Assembly (NCBI GenBank): GCA_050613775.1
Contig: JBODTK010000129.1
Location: 124,001 to 188,000, forward strand
DNA length: 64,000 bases
Reading direction: 5' to 3'
Origin: Neocallimastix sp. 'constans'
Lineage: Eukaryota
In this document: positions 37,519 through 49,850 of the stretch, in pieces
Layout: each line of letters begins with the position of its first letter
Numbering within the stretch: position 1 is the first letter of the stretch
Notes under the pieces: generated by a model
The model's database searches: none
What the model saw: only the letters and a program-made list of their open reading frames with translations
What the model was told of the DNA's origin: nothing
Position numbers and translations under genes: made by a program

Positions 37519-38568
37519 TATTGGTAAAGAATGAATTAATAACCTTTATTTTATTATTAATAATTCTTTACTAAATTGTACTTTCCTATATTCTTCATAA
37601 CCTAAACCTCATTGTAAATTTAATTTATTTTGATATAAATTAATTTTAATTTGTAAATAATGTAAATAAATTTTAATTAATCACTTTATTGTTATATTAT
37701 TAAATATATGTATATATTAAAATACAATTGTAAATATTAAAATTATACTTTTAAGATACTAAATTATTAAAAATATTAATTAAATATTATTATAAAAATT
37801 ATTATAAAATTATTAAAATTATTAATTAAATATTATTCTAAAAATTATTATAAATTATTAATATTATAAAATTATTAAAATTATTAAATATTATTATAAA
37901 AATTTATATATTATAACTATTAAATATTATTATAAAATTATTAAGATTATTAATTAAATTTATTATTAAAAATTATTATTAAAAATTTTACTTATTATAA
38001 AAATTATTATTTAAATATTATCAAATTTATTAATTAAATATTATAAAAATTTTATTTTATTTTGAAAATAATTACAAGTATTATTTAAAATAATTAAAGA
38101 TTATTAAATTTATTATATTAATCTTTAAAAACAATTTATTTAACTTAAAAATATCAAAGAAAATAGTAAAAACTATTTTCTATATATTTATTTTATAATT
38201 ATTTTTAATTAAATTATATTTGAATATTATATTATTATATTTATAAAAATTAAAACAAAAATGAATTATTGATATAAAATTAATTCAATAATTCTATAAA
38301 ATTACTTAAATTATAAACAATTAATTATACTTTAAATTTATAAAAAAATATAAATATTGTAACAATTTCTTAAAAAAAATTAAATATGTGTACTTTAAAT
38401 AAAAAATTTTATATTAATAAAAAAAAATAAATAAATAACTTTTAAAAAAAAAAATTATTATTTTTTTTTTATTTAAAATCAAAGCAGGGTAATACCCGTC
38501 CCCCCCTGCTTGATTTTAAATATCTAAGTGTCAACCCCGAGTCTACCAAAATTGGTGGAGATATCGGG

Positions 38569-38602
38569 GAAGAAGAAGAAGAAGAAGAAGAAGAAGAAGA
38601 AG

Positions 38603-38664
<62 letters not shown>

Positions 38665-38701
38665 GAAGAAGTAGAAGAAGAAGAAGAAGAAGAAGAAGTA
38701 G

Positions 38702-38763
<62 letters not shown>

Positions 38764-38833
38764 GAAGAAGTAGAAGAAGAAGAAGAAGAAGAAGAAGTAG
38801 AAGAAGAAGAAGAAGACCAAGAAAAAGAAGACC

Positions 38834-38895
<62 letters not shown>

Positions 38896-38965
38896 GAAGA
38901 AGTAGAAGAAGAAGAAGAAGAAGAAGAAGTAGAAGAAGAAGAAGAAGACCAAGAAAAAGAAGACC

Positions 38966-38997
<32 letters not shown>

Positions 38998-39500
38998 GAA
39001 GAAGAAGAAGAAGACCAAAAAAAAGAAGACCAAGAAGTAGACCAAGTGGAAGAAGACCAAGAAAAAGAAGACCAAGAAGAAAACCAAGTGGAAGAAGACC
39101 AAGAAAAAGAAGACCAAGAAGAAAACCAAGAAGAAAACCAAGTGGAAGAAGACCAAGAAAAAGAAGACCAAGAAGAAAACCAAGTGGAAGAAGACCAAGA
39201 AAAAGAAGACCAAGAAGAAAACCAAGAAGAAAACCAAGTGGAAGAAGACCAAGAAAAAGAAGACCAAGAAGAAAACCAAGAAGAAAACCAAGTGGAAGAA
39301 GACCAAGAAGAAAACCAAGAAGAAAACCAAGAAGAAAACCAAGAAGAAAACCAAGAAGAAAACCAAGAAGAAAACCAAGTGGAAGAAGACCAAGAAGAAA
39401 ACCAAGAAGAAAACCAAGAAGAAGACCAAGAAGAAAACCAAGAAGAAGACCAAGAAGAAGACCAAGAAGAAGAGACCAAGAAGGAGAAGACCAAGAAGGA
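38569..39500 (+). repeat. GAA-based compound microsatellite/minisatellite directly after the E4 PBS
   Basis: (GAA)n grading into GTAGAA, GACCAAGAAAAAGAA and GAAAACCAAGAA higher-order units. Confidence 0.95.
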
Positions 39501-39589
39501 AATTGGAACTACTAGGACTTATTTTTTTTTTTTGGAATTATGAGAATAATTTTTTTAAATTAAATTTAGAATTAAATTAAATTAAATTA

Positions 39590-39631
<42 letters not shown>

Positions 39632-40218
39632 TTTACACTTTTACAATCATCATCATCAAATTTTTTTTTTATTGTTATCGGTTTTTGTGTTGTTGTTGTG
39701 GTTGGTGTTGTTGTTGTGATTGTTGTTGTTGTGGTAGTAATAAAAATTAACATCAGTTTTATTTGGTCTTCGCGTGCTCCAAATAAAACTATATACTGAG
39801 TTTACTGCGTACTAAGCAGTTATAGATAATTCTATAATTGCGAGTGGTTTAATCAGGTGTTTGGAGAGGGGCCGGTTACGAACTAATCGAACCCCGATTA
39901 GATATAGCGGTAAATACTGTTGGGAAGCAGAAATTACCCTATAGATCACCCATTATACGTTCAACACGGTTTGGGTGCTCCTCCACTTGACTCAGGCAAA
40001 TTCACTTAGTATACCGAAATACTAAGGTCCCTCTGCGTGGTCGGCAGTTGTAATAGATAGCGGTTTTTCAAGTTGTATTAGGTTTGTTAATTTACCTTGT
40101 TTTTAATTAAGTTTATTTGTTTTTTTTTTTAAGTTGTAATTATATAAACTTAATAATAATTGTAATTGTAATTGTAATTGTAATTGTAAATATTGTAATA
40201 ATAACCGATAACAAATAA

Positions 40219-40254
<36 letters not shown>

Positions 40255-40626
40255 ATATTAATTTTTGTGTTTTTAAATATTTTTAATTGCTATATTTAAA
40301 AAAATTTTTTTTGTAAATAATTGTATATATATTTTTTTTTTAAGTAAAGATAAACGAAAGGGGTTATTAGCTTGAAAGAATAGTGAACACTCCAACTAGT
40401 TTATTAATTTATATTTATTCTAGTGTCCAGGAGGGGGAGTACGGGTGTATATAGCAAAATTAAATATACACTAGCCGGAAACGTCTCACTAGAGATATAA
40501 ATTACTTAAATATATAATTTTAATTGTAAATAAATAAATAAATAAATAAAAATATAGCAATTAAATAATTAATAAAACAATTTTTTTTATTTTATTTTTT
40601 TTTAAAAGTGTGTTTTTTTTTTTAAA

Positions 40627-41583
40627 ATGAGTACAATTAATTTTAAAGATTTAAAAAAGGAACTTAAGGATATTGAAAAAATATCCAAAGAAAATTTAGA
40701 TGTTAAAACTTGGAAGTCTGATTTAGAGCTTTGGATAAAGCTTGAACATGTTGAAGACTCCAAGATTATATTTTATGCCTGTGTTTTAACCTCAATTGGT
40801 GAAACCAGGAAAGTCATCCAAGAATTAATGGATGATAATGATAAAGATGATGATAGTGATAGTGATGATGATGATGATGATAATGATGATGATGATGATA
40901 ATTATAAGGATATTGATGATGAAAATGAGGATGATGATAATGAAGAAGATAAAGAAATTGATAAAAAGAATAAGGCTTATCCTTCCCTTAATAGAATTGT
41001 AAAAGCTATAGAAGAATTTTATGGCATTAGGGAGGATCAAAATAATTTATTAAGAGAGTTACGTGCTCTCAGAATTAAGAGAAATGAAAGAATCAAAGAT
41101 TTTAATATTAAGTATAAAACTTTATATTTAAAATTAAATAAAAAGAAAAGAAGTCAGATAAGTGTTTTAGATTACACAGACTCCATTGAAAACAATGTTG
41201 AAGCCTGGAAACGTCTAACCTTATTTGATAACATTTCTCTGTCAAAAGCCTTTAAAATTGCTGAAAAAGCAGATAGGTTAAATTATATGGGTAGTAATCA
41301 AAGAAGACATCCTTCTACCCCTTCACCTTCTGCAAATACATCTTCTTTTAGTAATAGAGTTAATTTTCATCCTCCTATTAAAAATAAATTAGAACAAAAA
41401 GTTAATATTAAACCTAAAGAAGATAATGACATAGAGGAATTAACAAGAAAAATGAGAAGTTTAACAATAAAGGCTTGTTATTTCTGTAAAGAACCAGGTC
41501 ATTATCAAAACAATTGCCCAAAGTTGAGAGCAATTGTTGAGAAAAATAGGAAGGAAATTAGAAACAATAAACGTTTAAATTGA
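40627..41583 (+). CDS. gag: E4 Gag with CCHC zinc knuckle
   Basis: 318-aa ORF; CYFCKEPGHYQNNC. Confidence 0.93.
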   Translation: MSTINFKDLKKELKDIEKISKENLDVKTWKSDLELWIKLEHVEDSKIIFYACVLTSIGETRKVIQELMDDNDKDDDSDSDDDDDDNDDDDDNYKDIDDENEDDDNEEDKEIDKKNKAYPSLNRIVKAIEEFYGIREDQNNLLRELRALRIKRNERIKDFNIKYKTLYLKLNKKKRSQISVLDYTDSIENNVEAWKRLTLFDNISLSKAFKIAEKADRLNYMGSNQRRHPSTPSPSANTSSFSNRVNFHPPIKNKLEQKVNIKPKEDNDIEELTRKMRSLTIKACYFCKEPGHYQNNCPKLRAIVEKNRKEIRNNKRLN

Positions 41584-44500
41584 GTAATGGGATAAGAAGC
41601 TCTCCCATACTTAATAAAGCAGCTTCACTTAAATATCAAAAAGAAATTAAAAATTCTCGTCTTTCTAATATTGAAGAAACTCCTGCTAATAAAAGGGTGG
41701 TTAATAAAAAGAAAGTTGATTATTTAGTAGGAGCATCTAAACGTAAAATTTATGATGTTAATAATGATGAAGGTAGTGCAGAGAAAAAGATTCATAAGTC
41801 GTTGAAGGAGAATCCTAAACCTATAATAACTCCTGCATTACGAAAACAGAAAGAACGAGAAGTAAAAGAAAATAATATAAGTAATAAAATTGTTAAACAA
41901 ATTAAACCATCTATTCTAGCTCAACCACGAATTGAAAAAGAAAAAGAGATTGAAAGACAAATTCGTGATAATGAAAGAGCTAGCAATAGTAATACTAATT
42001 ATAGTAATAATCATAGTAATGATAATAGTAATGATAATATTAATAATAATTCATTAGTGAATGATGAAGTTATTATAAATAATGTAAATAATGATAAAAG
42101 AAAGAATAAAAATTTAATGAAAGAAAATAATGATAATAATAAAAGTATTGTGAAGGAGAATAATAAAGTAATTGATTTAACAAAGGTGTTAATTAGTAAA
42201 GATAAAGATACTCAAAAAGAAAATAAAAGTTCTAGAGTATCTAGGAAAATTAAGATGCAATCGGGGGAAGAAGAATATGATATTCTTAAAGATTTAAATT
42301 CTGCCCATTGCAATATTACTTTTGGACAGTTATTGGATGCTGCTCCAAAATTAAGATATAAGGTGTCACAGGGTATTAAATTGGATAGGGACCAATCTAA
42401 TATCTCTGGGGTGTTGGATAATGTGTCAGCCACGACTGTGGTCGTTAATAACATAGACCACACTTATAAAAGTAAAGGTAACGAACCATGTGAAGAGGAT
42501 ATTGCCATGGTTGATGTTACAGTTGAAGGTGTTTCGGGGAAGGCTTTAATTGATTCATGTAGTAATTTAAGTATAATTACTCAACAATTTTTAGATAAGC
42601 TTCCGTCCGAATATGAACCTATTGATATTAGTCGTGGCAGAATTAGGTTGGCAACTAAGAATGATGATTACTCGGAAGGTTATATCATTCGGGTGCCAGT
42701 AAAGATTAATAATCTTGTATTAATGGTTAATTGTAGAATAGTAGAAAAGGAGGATCCTTTTTACGATATTCTAATTAACTTAAAAACCCAAATTGATTAT
42801 AATTTGTTTATCCACCCCATTTTATATAGTTTGTGTCAAATTACTCCTGAGGGAGTAATTGACGTTATTGCACCTATTAATAATGATTATGAAGATGAAG
42901 AAAAGTTGTTGTGTATGATTAAGGCTTTGGATGAGGATTCCAAAAAGAATGATTTAAAGAAAATTGAAGGATTATCCCCAAAGCAATATATTCATCATGA
43001 AATTTTCCTAAATACTTTAAACGAAAAATATAAAGATGAAATAATTAAAATTCTGGAGGAGAACTTAGAAATAGTTGCTACTTCTTCAGAAGAATTAACA
43101 CCTTCTGATCTTCCTCCACATAAGATTAATTTAATTCCTGGTGCGAAACCAGTTAAGCAAAGGTGCTATAGATTAGTTAAATTTAAGTCGGATATACTTA
43201 AGGAGGAATTAATTAAATTAATTAATAAGAAATTAATTGAACCTTCTTGTTCCGAATGGTCATCGCCAATAGTGTTAGTACCGAAGAAGAACGGTAAATG
43301 GCGATTATGTATTGATTATCGTAAGGTTAATGATTTAACAGTTAAAGATTCTTATTCATTACCTTACATTGATGAGATATTTGATAGTTTAGATGGGGCA
43401 CAGATTTTTACAACAATGGATCTTTACTCTGGTTATCATCAAATTTTGATGGATGAGGAAAGTGTAGAAATTACCACCTTCACCACAAAATTTGGTAACT
43501 ACCAATTCAAGGTTATGCCTTTTGGTTTAACCGGAGCCCCAGCTACATTTCAAAGGGAAATGAATAGGATTCTTTTCCCATTTATAGGAAAGTTTGTTTT
43601 TAACTTTATAGATGATATTTTAATATACTCTAAGAGTATAGAAGAACATATAAGCCACATTAGGCAAGTGTTGGAAGTATTTCGCCAACACAAATTAAAA
43701 ATTAACATTGAAAAATGTGCCTTTATGCAGACTGAAGTAGAAGTCTTAGGTCATAAGGCATCAGTGAAAGGTTTAAGTCCCCAGGATAGCAAAATTAAGG
43801 CTATCAAGGAGTGGGTAGCACCTGTTGATGTTCATGAATTACGATCTTTTCTTGGAGCAGTAGGATATTATAGAAACTTTATTGATAAATATGCTCAAAT
43901 CTCTGCTCCTTTATGTAAATTATTAAGAAAGAATGTTAAATATAAATGGAATAATGAACATCAACAAAGTTTTGATCTGTTAAAAGAAAAGTTAATAAAT
44001 GCTCCAATTTTAAAATATCCAAGTTTTAATCAAAGGTTTATAATTAGAACGGATGCTTCCTATGAAGGTATTGGAGGAGTATTACTCCAAGAAGATTCAG
44101 AAACCAAAAAGGAACATCCAGTTCATTATATAAGTAGAAGTTTAAGTAAAGCCGAGAAAAATTATGGCATTACTGACTTGGAAGGAGCTGCATTAATTTA
44201 TTGTATTACTAAGTTGAAATCTTATATATTAGAAAATCCTAATAAAACAGTAGTAATAACAGATCATAAACCTTTAATCAGTTTCTTTAAAAATAAGGAA
44301 CCTAATAATGCTAGGCAAGCAAGGTGGTGCTTAACTGTTAGTACCCTTGGTGTTGAAATTCAATATCAAATGGGTAAGAAAAATGTGTTAGCCGATGCAT
44401 TATCTAGGATGAAGAAAAGAGATGATTCTGTGGTATTGGCAACTAAGTTAACTTCAAAGGAAGAAGAAGAGTTGCTTTCTAAAACTATTAAAGACTTTAT

Positions 44501-45629
44501 AAATGAAAAATTTGTTACGATAGATGGTGAAGATTATTTTGTTGATGGTAATGACTATCGTAAATTAATTACGGATCAAACGGAAAGAGTAAAACTTATT
44601 TTAGAAGCCCATAAGATAGGTCATGAGGGATATTATAAGACTTATCAAAGGCTTCGTAAAAGTTTTTATTGGAATAATATGGTGATGGATATTAAAAGAG
44701 TGGTGCAAAGTTGTGACAAGTGTCAGTTGAATAGGTCACAACCATATCCAGAACCTACAGAAAATATTCCAACTAAAGTAGAAGGTCCTTTTATACATTT
44801 GGGTTTAGATATTATTGGACCTTTGATTAAAACGAAGAATAATAATCAATATATTATGGTTGTGGTGGATTACTTCACCAAATGGGTTGAAGCAGAACCC
44901 ACGGAAAATATAACATCACAGGATGTGATTAAGTTCTTAATTAATGTGTTTGCTCGTCATGGTGTTCCACAGGTAATAACAACTGACAATGGTGTTCAGT
45001 TCACCTCGGACATGACGAAAATATTTTTAGATCTCTATGATGTATATGTGAAGTTTATTTCCACATATCATCCAGAAAGTAATGGACTTACGGAAAACCG
45101 TAATAAAGAGATCGGAAAGTTATTGAGGTTGTTGGGTTCTAAGAATAAGGATTGGGATGAAGTTTTACCATCCGCCTTATGGGCTCTTAGAACTACCAAA
45201 AATAAGGTAACAAAACATTCAAGTTTTGAGTTGGTTTATGGTAGGGAAGATCAGCAGCCTTTTGATATTGCTGCTAGACCTACCAAGGATATTAATAAGT
45301 CATCGGATGAAGTGTTGTTAGAAAAATTTATAAATCATTACCGATGGACTTTAGAAGCAGCCGAAAATGTTAAAAATGCAAATAAGTATTGGGCTGCTAG
45401 AAGAGAGGAAAAGAATAGTTTGAATGAAGGAAAAAGAATTAGGGAAGGTGATTTAGTTCTAGTTAGAAATTTTTCAAGAACTAAACTAGAACCTTATTTT
45501 GTTGGTCCTCTTAAAGTTATAAAAAAACAATTTAATACGGTTACCTTGGCTGATCCAAATTCTGGAATTCAAATGAATAGGAATGTTCATTTGAAGAATA
45601 TAGTCAAGTATAACTCAGCTTCGATGTAG
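41574..45629 (+). CDS. pol: E4 Pol (PR-RT-RNaseH-IN), -1 frameshift
   Basis: Slip site TTTAAAT 41574-41580; uninterrupted ORF with all Gypsy motifs. Confidence 0.96.
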   Translation, partial: FKLSNGIRSSPILNKAASLKYQKEIKNSRLSNIEETPANKRVVNKKKVDYLVGASKRKIYDVNNDEGSAEKKIHKSLKENPKPIITPALRKQKEREVKENNISNKIVKQIKPSILAQPRIEKEKEIERQIRDNERASNSNTNYSNNHSNDNSNDNINNNSLVNDEVIINNVNNDKRKNKNLMKENNDNNKSIVKENNKVIDLTKVLISKDKDTQKENKSSRVSRKIKMQSGEEEYDILKDLNSAHCNITFGQLLDAAPKLRYKVSQGIKLDRDQSNISGVLDNVSATTVVVNNIDHTYKSKGNEPCEEDIAMVDVTVEGVSGKALIDSCSNLSIITQQFLDKLPSEYEPIDISRGRIRLATKNDDYSEGYIIRVPVKINNLVLMVNCRIVEKEDPFYDILINLKTQIDYNLFIHPILYSLCQITPEGVIDVIAPINNDYEDEEKLLCMIKALDEDSKKNDLKKIEGLSPKQYIHHEIFLNTLNEKYKDEIIKILEENLEIVATSSEELTPSDLPPHKINLIPGAKPVKQRCYRLVKFKSDILKEELIKLINKKLIEPSCSEWSSPIVLVPKKNGKWRLCIDYRKVNDLTVKDSYSLPYIDEIFDSLDGAQIFTTMDLYSGYHQILMDEESVEITTFTTKFGNYQFKVMPFGLTGAPATFQREMNRILFPFIGKFVFNFIDDILIYSKSIEEHISHIRQVLEVFRQHKLKINIEKCAFMQTEVEVLGHKASVKGLSPQDSKIKAIKEWVAPVDVHELRSFLGAVGYYRNFIDKYAQISAPLCKLLRKNVKYKWNNEHQQSFDLLKEKLINAPILKYPSFNQRFIIRTDASYEGIGGVLLQEDSETKKEHPVHYISRSLSKAEKNYGITDLEGAALIYCITKLKSYILENPNKTVVITDHKPLISFFKNKEPNNARQARWCLTVSTLGVEIQYQMGKKNVLADALSRMKKRDDSVVLATKLTSKEEEELLSKTIKDFINEKFVTIDGEDYFVDGNDYRKLITDQTERVKLILEAHKIGHEGYYKTYQRLRKSFYWNNMVMDIKRVVQSCDKCQLNRSQPYPEPTENIPTKVEGPFIHLGLDIIGPLIKTKNNNQYIMVVVDYFTKWVEAEPTENITSQDVIKFLINVFARHGVPQVITTDNGVQFTSDMTKIFLDLYDVYVKFISTYHPESNGLTENRNKEIGKLLRLLGSKNKDWDEVLPSALWALRTTKNKVTKHSSFELVYGREDQQPFDIAARPTKDINKSSDEVLLEKFINHYRWTLEAAENVKNANKYWAARREEKNSLNEGKRIREGDLVLVRNFSRTKLEPYFVGPLKVIKKQFNTVTLADPNSGIQMNRNVHLKNIVKYNSASM

Positions 45630-47604
45630 CTTGAGTTTTAGAGGGGGCATCATGGTAAAGAATGAATTAATAACCTTTATTTTATTATTAATAATTCTTT
45701 ACTAAATTGTACTTTCCTATATTCTTCATAACCTAAACCTCATTGTAAATTTAATTTATTTTGATATAAATTAATTTTAATTTGTAAATAATGTAAATAA
45801 ATTTTAATTAATCACTTTATTGTTATATTATTAAATATATGTATATATTAAAATACAATTGTAAATATTAAAATTATACTTTTAAGATACTAAATTATTA
45901 AAAATATTAATTAAATATTATTATAAAAATTATTATAAAATTATTAAAATTATTAATTAAATATTATTCTAAAAATTATTATAAATTATTAATATTATAA
46001 AATTATTAAAATTATTAAATATTATTATAAAAATTTATATATTATAACTATTAAATATTATTATAAAATTATTAAGATTATTAATTAAATTTATTATTAA
46101 AAATTATTATTAAAAATTTTACTTATTATAAAAATTATTATTTAAATATTATCAAATTTATTAATTAAATATTATAAAAATTTTATTTTATTTTGAAAAT
46201 AATTACAAGTATTATTTAAAATAATTAAAGATTATTAAATTTATTATATTAATCTTTAAAAACAATTTATTTAACTTAAAAATATCAAAGAAAATAGTAA
46301 AAACTATTTTCTATATATTTATTTTATAATTATTTTTAATTAAATTATATTTGAATATTATATTATTATATTTATAAAAATTAAAACAAAAATGAATTAT
46401 TGATATAAAATTAATTCAATAATTCTATAAAATTACTTAAATTATAAACAATTAATTATACTTTAAATTTATAAAAAAATATAAATATTGTAACAATTTC
46501 TTAAAAAAAATTAAATATGTGTACTTTAAATAAAAAATTTTATATTAATAAAAAAAAATAAATAAATAACTTTTAAAAAAAAAAATTATTATTTTTTTTT
46601 TATTTAAAATCAAAGCAGGGTAATACCCGTCCCCCCCTGCTTGATTTTAAATATCTAAGTGTCAACCCCGAGTCTACCATTATTGGTAAAGAACGAACAT
46701 ATAATGGATTATTAATTAGAATTTCAACTTACTTTAGAATCCATTATATTATTCTTTACTTAATATTACTTTACTATATTTTCTATACTAAAATATTTTC
46801 TAAATATATTTATTTTTTTTTATATTTTTATTAAAAGTTTCTAAAATATTATCAATAATTTTATATTTTTATTATTAATATCAATATCTATAATTTAACC
46901 TTAAATTTTATTATTTTATTAAAGTGTTTATTATCAATATTAATATTTTATTTTTATTTTCAAATATATTATTATATTATTATTATATTGTATCAATATT
47001 AAACTTGTATTCTTTTTAGTATTTTATTTTATTTTTAAATTGACTATTTTATATTTTTATTCCCCACAAATAAAATCAAATCTTAATTGATTAATAATAA
47101 ATATTAAATATATTATAGTTTTTAAATTTATTTTATATAAAATATAAGAATATTATATTAACATTCTTGATTAAAATAACTTTATTTTTCTGTAAAATCT
47201 TTTTAAATTTTGTTTGTTACTTTTCGTATATATTAAATAATTTAGTTTTAGTATATGAAAAATAATATAAAATTATGTAAACAAAATTTATTAAAATAAA
47301 AATACTTATGAATTAGTTAATTTAAATTAATATAAAATTTTAAGTAATTAGTAATAGTAAATATTTTTTTTTAAATATGATAATAAAATGTAGAAAGGCT
47401 TTACATATTTATTTTTTTTCAAAAAGTATAAATAAGTGAAGTTTTTCAATAATTAAAATGTAGACAGAAAAATATTAAAAATAAATAATTAAATAAAATT
47501 CTAATAAAACCCGAACCATAACATAATTTATGGTGGAGATATCGGGGTATATTAGAAAAATAAAATTTAATATTATTTATTAATTAAATTATTTAACAAA
47601 GCCT

Positions 47605-47766
47605 TGGATATAGATTTCCGGGCTAAGTTTAACCTACATAGTAATTGGGCTAGTAGGCTCTGGACTGCTGTATTTTATATTGAATACAGTAGCCGTGGTA
47701 CCCGCGTGGCATGACGCCGTGAAGAGGCAAGCTGCACGTCAGACAGGGTATACTATCAGATTATCC
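47605..47766 (+). ncRNA. Conserved structured leader RNA, module A (E5 copy)
   Basis: Covaries with 24721-24880. Confidence 0.7.
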
Positions 47767-49299
47767 ATAAGTTTTGTTAAATAATAATAATTAATAATTT
47801 AATATTAATATTAATAATAATAAAAGTTATCATAAAAAAAAAAAAAACTTTGGAAAACTTTGGAAAACTTTAGTTTTTGTAGTAACTTTATTTAATTATA
47901 GATTATAGATAAAAAAAATAATAATAAAAAAAAATAATAAAAAGTTAACAAATTTACGAAGTTAATATTCGAGTAAGACAGTGTTAGCTTGCAGGATATT
48001 AATTTCATAAACTCTTATTTACAATTTTGCAAGGTTTTGTAGATTGTAAACGCGAGTATCTCAAGGAACAAATCCTTGACAATTAGGCAAATACGCCCTA
48101 GAACTATAAAACCTTCACGCTGAAGGCAACTACACACTTCAACAGGTGATAGTTTGTTCACTCGCGCAGAAAATAAGAGGTGGGTCAGGTTCGATCCCTG
48201 ATAAAACCCTGGTCATTCTTGCGAAGTGACGTTAAAATATATAGTTTTTTTTTTTATTTTTATTTTAGGCTTTTATAAATTTGTTCGCCTATTATTATTA
48301 TTATTATTATTTTTTTTTTTTTTTGCAATACAATAAAAAAATATATATATATTTTTCCTTTTATTAAAATAATAAATATTTCATTAATAATTTTTTTTTA
48401 ATAAATAATAAATTAAATTTTTCTTTAGTGTAGAACAAACTTTTTAAAAAAAAAAAAAAAAAAAAAATTTTTTTTAACCAATAATATTATCATAGATTTA
48501 GATTTATATATGTAAACAAAAAAAAAAAAAATAAAAAAATTTTTTTTAGTTAATGATAAAATAATAAGCAAAATTTTTTTTTGTAGTACAAATTTTTTAT
48601 TTTTTTTTTATTAAAATAGGAAAAAAAAAAAAAAAAAATTTTATAAATAAAAAACTTTTTTTTTTATATTAATAATTCTAAATAATAAATTGTAATTTTT
48701 TATGTTTATCAGTTTATTTTATTTTTTTTAATATATACATGTACAATATATATATATAGAATATATAAAATTAGATTATTATTATTATTTTTCAAATAAG
48801 TGTATTATTTTTATGATTTTATATAATTAAATTTTTTTTTATTGAAATTTTTATAATTGAAATTTTTTTTTTGTGTGTGTTAAATTTTCTATTATTCGTT
48901 ATATAATTAATTAAATTTTAATTAAAAAGAAAAATATAAATAAGCTGTCTTACAACTCTCTACGCGGGATAGTTGAACACCCACACATAATACTTTATTG
49001 TTTTGATCTTGTTGATACTGGGAAGGATACGTTATTATCTTCTTTATTACTAACAATAAGTTAGCCAAATTAAAAAGAATTTAATATTGCTACCTTCTTT
49101 TTATTAAGTTTCTTAATAATTAACAATCGACATTATCAACTTATCAATAAAGAGCTAAGGGGACTTATTGTAAGAAGGGTTAACAAGCTATATATTTGAT
49201 GGTTCAACACTATATAGTTTGGCTTGTATTTTAACTTTTTATTTAATATTTTATTAAATATTATAACAAAGAATTAATAGAATATAAATATATACAAAA

Positions 49300-49331
<32 letters not shown>

Positions 49332-49850
49332 AAATAAAAATAAATATATATTATTATTATTATTTAAGTATTTATACAATTTGTTTAATGTTATATTAAT
49401 TATTTTAATAAAGGAAATAAGTATATTAAATAAAATTAAATAAAGAAACTATTACTACAAATAAATTAAAAAAAAAAAAAAAAAAAATTAGGATATACAT
49501 ATTCTGTGTATTAATGCCTAAGAGAATATAATAAATATTAAAATTCATAATAAAAAGCTTCAGATTTTCAAATTGCGTTTTTGAGTCTGAATTTTAATTT
49601 ATTTTTTTTGTTTCAGATTTTCGAAGGGTGTTTTCGAGTCTGAATTAATTCATTATATTTTCAGAGAGAGATTCTGAGTCTGAATTATTATTGGAATAAA
49701 GAATTGGATTGTCAGAGGGTTTTTTCTGAGTCTATAATTATATTATAAAAGAAAGATAAATTTATTTTTAATAATTATTAAATATATTTTTAAAGTAAAC
49801 ATATTTTTAAATTGGATATCATAGCATTAATACCATTTTTAAATTTTCAA

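Larger units (their letters stand above)
37522..46679 (+). mobile_element. E4: full-length Ty3/Gypsy LTR retrotransposon
   Basis: 1027-bp LTRs 37522-38548 and 45653-46679, PBS at 38553, gag/pol, GGGGGCATCA, TSD TTAT (right copy 46680-46683; left copy reconstructed after removing E1-E3). Confidence 0.97.

Noticed and set aside
38469..39543. Long poly-Ser, poly-Phe and Glu-rich ORFs
   Set aside because: By-products of the GAA repeat: no ATG on the plus frame, and the repeat has no stops on the antisense strand.
47694..47708. GTGGTACCCGCG resembles the bacterial T-box motif
   Set aside because: The E1 copy reads GTGGCACACGCG, covariation places these bases in a stem, and no terminator or stem I is visible.
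49200..49220. GTTCAACACTATA resembles the group I intron R element
   Set aside because: No matching S, P or Q elements or P7 pairing found.
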